Assembly (NCBI GenBank): GCA_963695345.1
Contig: OY968769.1
Location: 1,312,001-1,376,000, forward strand
DNA from: an uncultured Methanomassiliicoccales archaeon
Lineage (GTDB): Archaea; Thermoplasmatota; Thermoplasmata; Methanomassiliicoccales; UBA472
Direction: 5' to 3'
Length of the DNA stretch: 64,000 nt
The notes under the pieces were generated by a model that did not search any database, was not told where the DNA came from, and was given only the letters and a program-made list of their open reading frames with translations. The stretch's first letter is position 1; every line of letters begins with the position of its first letter. The translations under genes and the position numbers were made by a program. Below are positions 61,169-64,000 of this stretch, piece by piece.

Positions 61169-61729
61169 ATGATGGCAGACGAGTGCGGTTGTTCATGGGC
61201 AAGCAGCGATCCTGAGATGAAAAAATACCATGATGAGGAATGGGGAAAGCCGGTGCATGACGATCGGCTGCTCTTTGAGTTCCTCATACTTGAGGGAGCG
61301 CAGGCAGGGCTCAGCTGGAAGACGGTCCTTCTCAAGCGTGATGCTTACCGGAAGGCGTTCGACAATTTCGAACCGGAGAAAGTGGCCCAATACGATGACA
61401 AGAAGGCCAAGGAGCTCATGTCAAACGCCGGGATCATAAGGAACTGGCGGAAGATCGAGGCGGCGGTGAACAATGCCAAGGGAGTAATGCAGATCCAGAA
61501 GGAGTTCGGAAGCTTCGACAGATATGTGTGGGGTTTCGTGGATGGAAAGCAGATCAGGAACGAATATGGCAGCATGAGCGAGATCCCGACCGAGTCTCAG
61601 GTATCGAAGGAATTGAGCAAGGACCTGAAGAAGAGGGGTTTCAGCTTCGTGGGTCCAACCATCATCTACTCGTTCATGCAGGCCGTGGGATTAGTGAATG
61701 ATCATGTCAAGGGCTGTCCACAACATTGA
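61169..61729 (+). CDS. tag: DNA-3-methyladenine glycosylase I
   Basis: C.W...YHD.EWG.P, LEGAQAGLSW, FVGPTI.Y.FMQA.G.VNDH...C. Confidence 0.95.
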   Translation: MMADECGCSWASSDPEMKKYHDEEWGKPVHDDRLLFEFLILEGAQAGLSWKTVLLKRDAYRKAFDNFEPEKVAQYDDKKAKELMSNAGIIRNWRKIEAAVNNAKGVMQIQKEFGSFDRYVWGFVDGKQIRNEYGSMSEIPTESQVSKELSKDLKKRGFSFVGPTIIYSFMQAVGLVNDHVKGCPQH

Positions 61730-61922
61730 TGGGGATCGCCCAGTTGCCGATCCTGTTCGGACGCTCATTAATGGAAGATGATAATTGAACGGTTTGATTT
61801 TATCTGCAACACCAGTCCTTATTATCTTTCATGAAAATAGGGCGAACATTCCTGTTGGCGGCAATCGTTTGGAGGTTCAAATGACCTCCTGCACGGCTCA
61901 TGGAAGCCTCAACCAAGCAGGA

Positions 61923-62874
61923 TCACTCTTGGGGACATGATCCATTCATCACATGCGCTAGGGTTTCCGCCTCGATGTAGATCCGTTTGATCTCAGGATA
62001 TGCCTTGCATAGGTCAGCCTCGATGCGATGGATCGACTCGTGCATCTGCTGGTCCGTTGTCCCCGCGACGAAGCACACTCCCATATTGATTATCAGGTCC
62101 TGGGGGCCCATGTACATGGTGAGGATGTCCCCTGCCTTTTCCACTGCTGGGTCCGACTCTACCCGCCGCCGGATGTCCTTCAGCTCTTCGGGGCTGACGC
62201 CCTCGCCCATCAGCAGACCCTTGGTCCGCGAGGCCAGGAACCAAGCCACGCTCATCAGCAGCAGACCGATGGCTATCGATGCTATGCCGTCCATGTATGG
62301 GTTGTGGAACATGTGGCCCAGGAATATTCCCAGGAACGCGAAGACCAGGCCCAACATGGCCGCGCTGTCCTCGAACACCACCGCGTATAGGCTCGGGTCC
62401 TTCGAACGCTTGATGAACTTCCAGGTTCCCATGTCCCCCCTCGCCCTGAGGAACGCTCGGAAGGCTATCGAGAACGATGCGCCTTCGACTAGAAGGGCGA
62501 TGGCGAGAACGATATAAGCTACCGTCGGATCCCCCAGTTCGGTGGACGGGGTGACGGAGGAAATGTAAGCTTATTCCCTCATATACTGACATGCCACCGC
62601 CGATGCCGAAGATGGAAATGGCGACGATGTTCGTCCAGAAGTACAGCGATTTGCCATAGCCGAACGGATGCTCGGCGTCCGCTGGCCTGCTGGCATCCTT
62701 TAGTCCCAGCAGCAGAAGGAGGCCGTTCCCGGTGTCTACGACCGAATGGATCCCCTCGGAGATCATGGCGGACGAGCCGGTGAAGATGGCCGCGATGAAT
62801 TTTATCACCGCTATGATCAGATTGCCGATAACGGCCGCGACGACCGCCAACTTAGACTCGCCATGTGATGCCAT
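61923..62874 (-). CDS. Cation diffusion facilitator family transporter; apparent frameshift near 62570
   Basis: GSSAM.SE.IHS..D.GN, HPFGYG, EDSAA..G, DG.AS..IG, then a C-terminal cytosolic domain. Confidence 0.88.
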
Positions 62875-63516
62875 GCAATCCTCTTCCGACAACCCCTATC
62901 GTGTTCAAATCATTTATGGCCGAATGCTAGAAGCAAGTGGGTGAATCTCACTTTTGTGTAGCGTTCAGGATTTTTCTTTTCAGGTATGTCTGGCACGCAT
63001 CACGACCGTTTTAAAATTGCCCAGCATGTTCTCAACCCCAATGAAGGAAACGGCAACAAGCATTGATGAGCCTTCAATGAGCGCCAAGGGAATATGATTT
63101 CGCCAATGATAATTGACTGAATAGAAGAATGAGTGGGCTCAGCCGAGATTACACATCTCTAAAGCCTGATGATATAAAAAGGAAAGGCATTTTTTCAAAC
63201 GATTCGCAGAGCCAGTTATCCAAACAATTTTACCATTTAATTCTCGGGATATGCGTTAACAATTGCTCTATGAGGAACGTAACTATGCTTGGCCGGACCA
63301 ATGACGAGTTCAATTACTTATATAGGTAACTTTTCAGACTTCGATAGTAAAATCCCTTCTTCCCTTTTTTTCTTTAAGCAGGCTAGTTATAGATGTTGAT
63401 GGCCTCGCAGACAAATTCTGATCCAGGGCAAGGCCGATTGCAAATGAACACGACTCCCTATCAGCTAAGATAAGTATAAAGTATCACTTTACACATTATA
63501 TATTCTGCTGATCAGA

Positions 63517-64000
63517 ATGAGGACAGTGGCTCGAATAGAGAACAAAGTGCGAATAAGTGAGATAGCCAAGAGGTCTGGAGTCACTAAACCTACAATTCAT
63601 TACTATGTTCAGGAGGGCTTGTTACTCCCACCTTTGAAAACCTCGCGCAACATGGCCTATTACGACCTGGGTTGCGTCTCGGAAATTCATTTGATAAAGG
63701 AACTACAGACCAAGAGGCATCTTCCACTGTCCGCCATAAAACTAATGATGAAAGCAAGGCGCGAATGCCAAGAACCCAGTCACATTGCGGAGATGGGCTC
63801 CCTCTTGGAGGCTATCTTTTGTCCCATCGACCAGGAATCGGAAGTTGAAATCATGACCGGTCCCGAGCTGGTGGAGATTACAAATTTGCCTAAGAATGAT
63901 CTTTTAACTTTAGAGAACATGGGCTTGATAGCCCTAGGGAAAACCATTCAAGATCGTTCCAACCTGGACATATGCATTATTGGCATAGTGAAAAAGCTAT
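63517..64000 (+). CDS. MerR-family transcriptional regulator; runs off the window end and is absent from the ORF track
   Basis: MRTVARIENKVRISEIAKRSGVTKPTIHYYVQEGLLLPPLKTSRNMAYYD...IKELQ...LPLSAIK, with the frame open to 64000. Confidence 0.85.
   Translation, partial: MRTVARIENKVRISEIAKRSGVTKPTIHYYVQEGLLLPPLKTSRNMAYYDLGCVSEIHLIKELQTKRHLPLSAIKLMMKARRECQEPSHIAEMGSLLEAIFCPIDQESEVEIMTGPELVEITNLPKNDLLTLENMGLIALGKTIQDRSNLDICIIGIVKKL

Noticed and set aside
61733-61753. Hairpin GGATCG...CGATCC after tag.
   Set aside because: There is no following U-tract, so it is too weak to call a terminator.
63129-63329. 66-aa ORF in the AT-rich region.
   Set aside because: It has no SD or motifs and cannot be supported as coding.

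Overview
A GC-rich archaeal chromosomal window, most likely from a Methanomassiliicoccales (Thermoplasmatota) methanogen. This assignment is inferred from the unsplit RpoB, the N-terminally extended RpoA'', gatDE, thyX, a giant AglB and Cys-ladder beta-helix surface proteins. It is mostly housekeeping: priL, EF-1beta, the rpoH-B-A1-A2-L30e-nusA operon, pyrF, aglB, purD, hypB, gatDE, pcm, thyX, rps17e, rqcH, metY-metX, ADP-forming acetate-CoA ligase and tag. It also carries three tRNAs (Lys, Arg, Thr), two large surface proteins, an ABC exporter and several poorly characterised modules. No CRISPR array, rRNA or transposase was found. Small-indel frameshifts cluster at 1-2.3 kb and 50.9-62.6 kb and look like assembly errors. 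The most notable observations are: (1) a tRNA-Lys(UUU) with two non-canonical introns (D-loop and T-loop); (2) three genes that appear to start at near-cognate codons (CTG, ACG, CTG) behind strong Shine-Dalgarno sites; (3) an MthK-type K+ channel whose RCK domain is fused to a YHS/TRASH metal-binding domain, with an internal start for a soluble gating subunit; (4) a 2180-aa doubly anchored oligosaccharyltransferase with a partner surface protein; (5) a PadR/BtrH-like module with a visible operator; (6) a GvpD/KaiC-like ATPase, small Cys-rich protein and HEAT-repeat cluster with no gas vesicle genes. All product calls come from motif recognition, not database searches.
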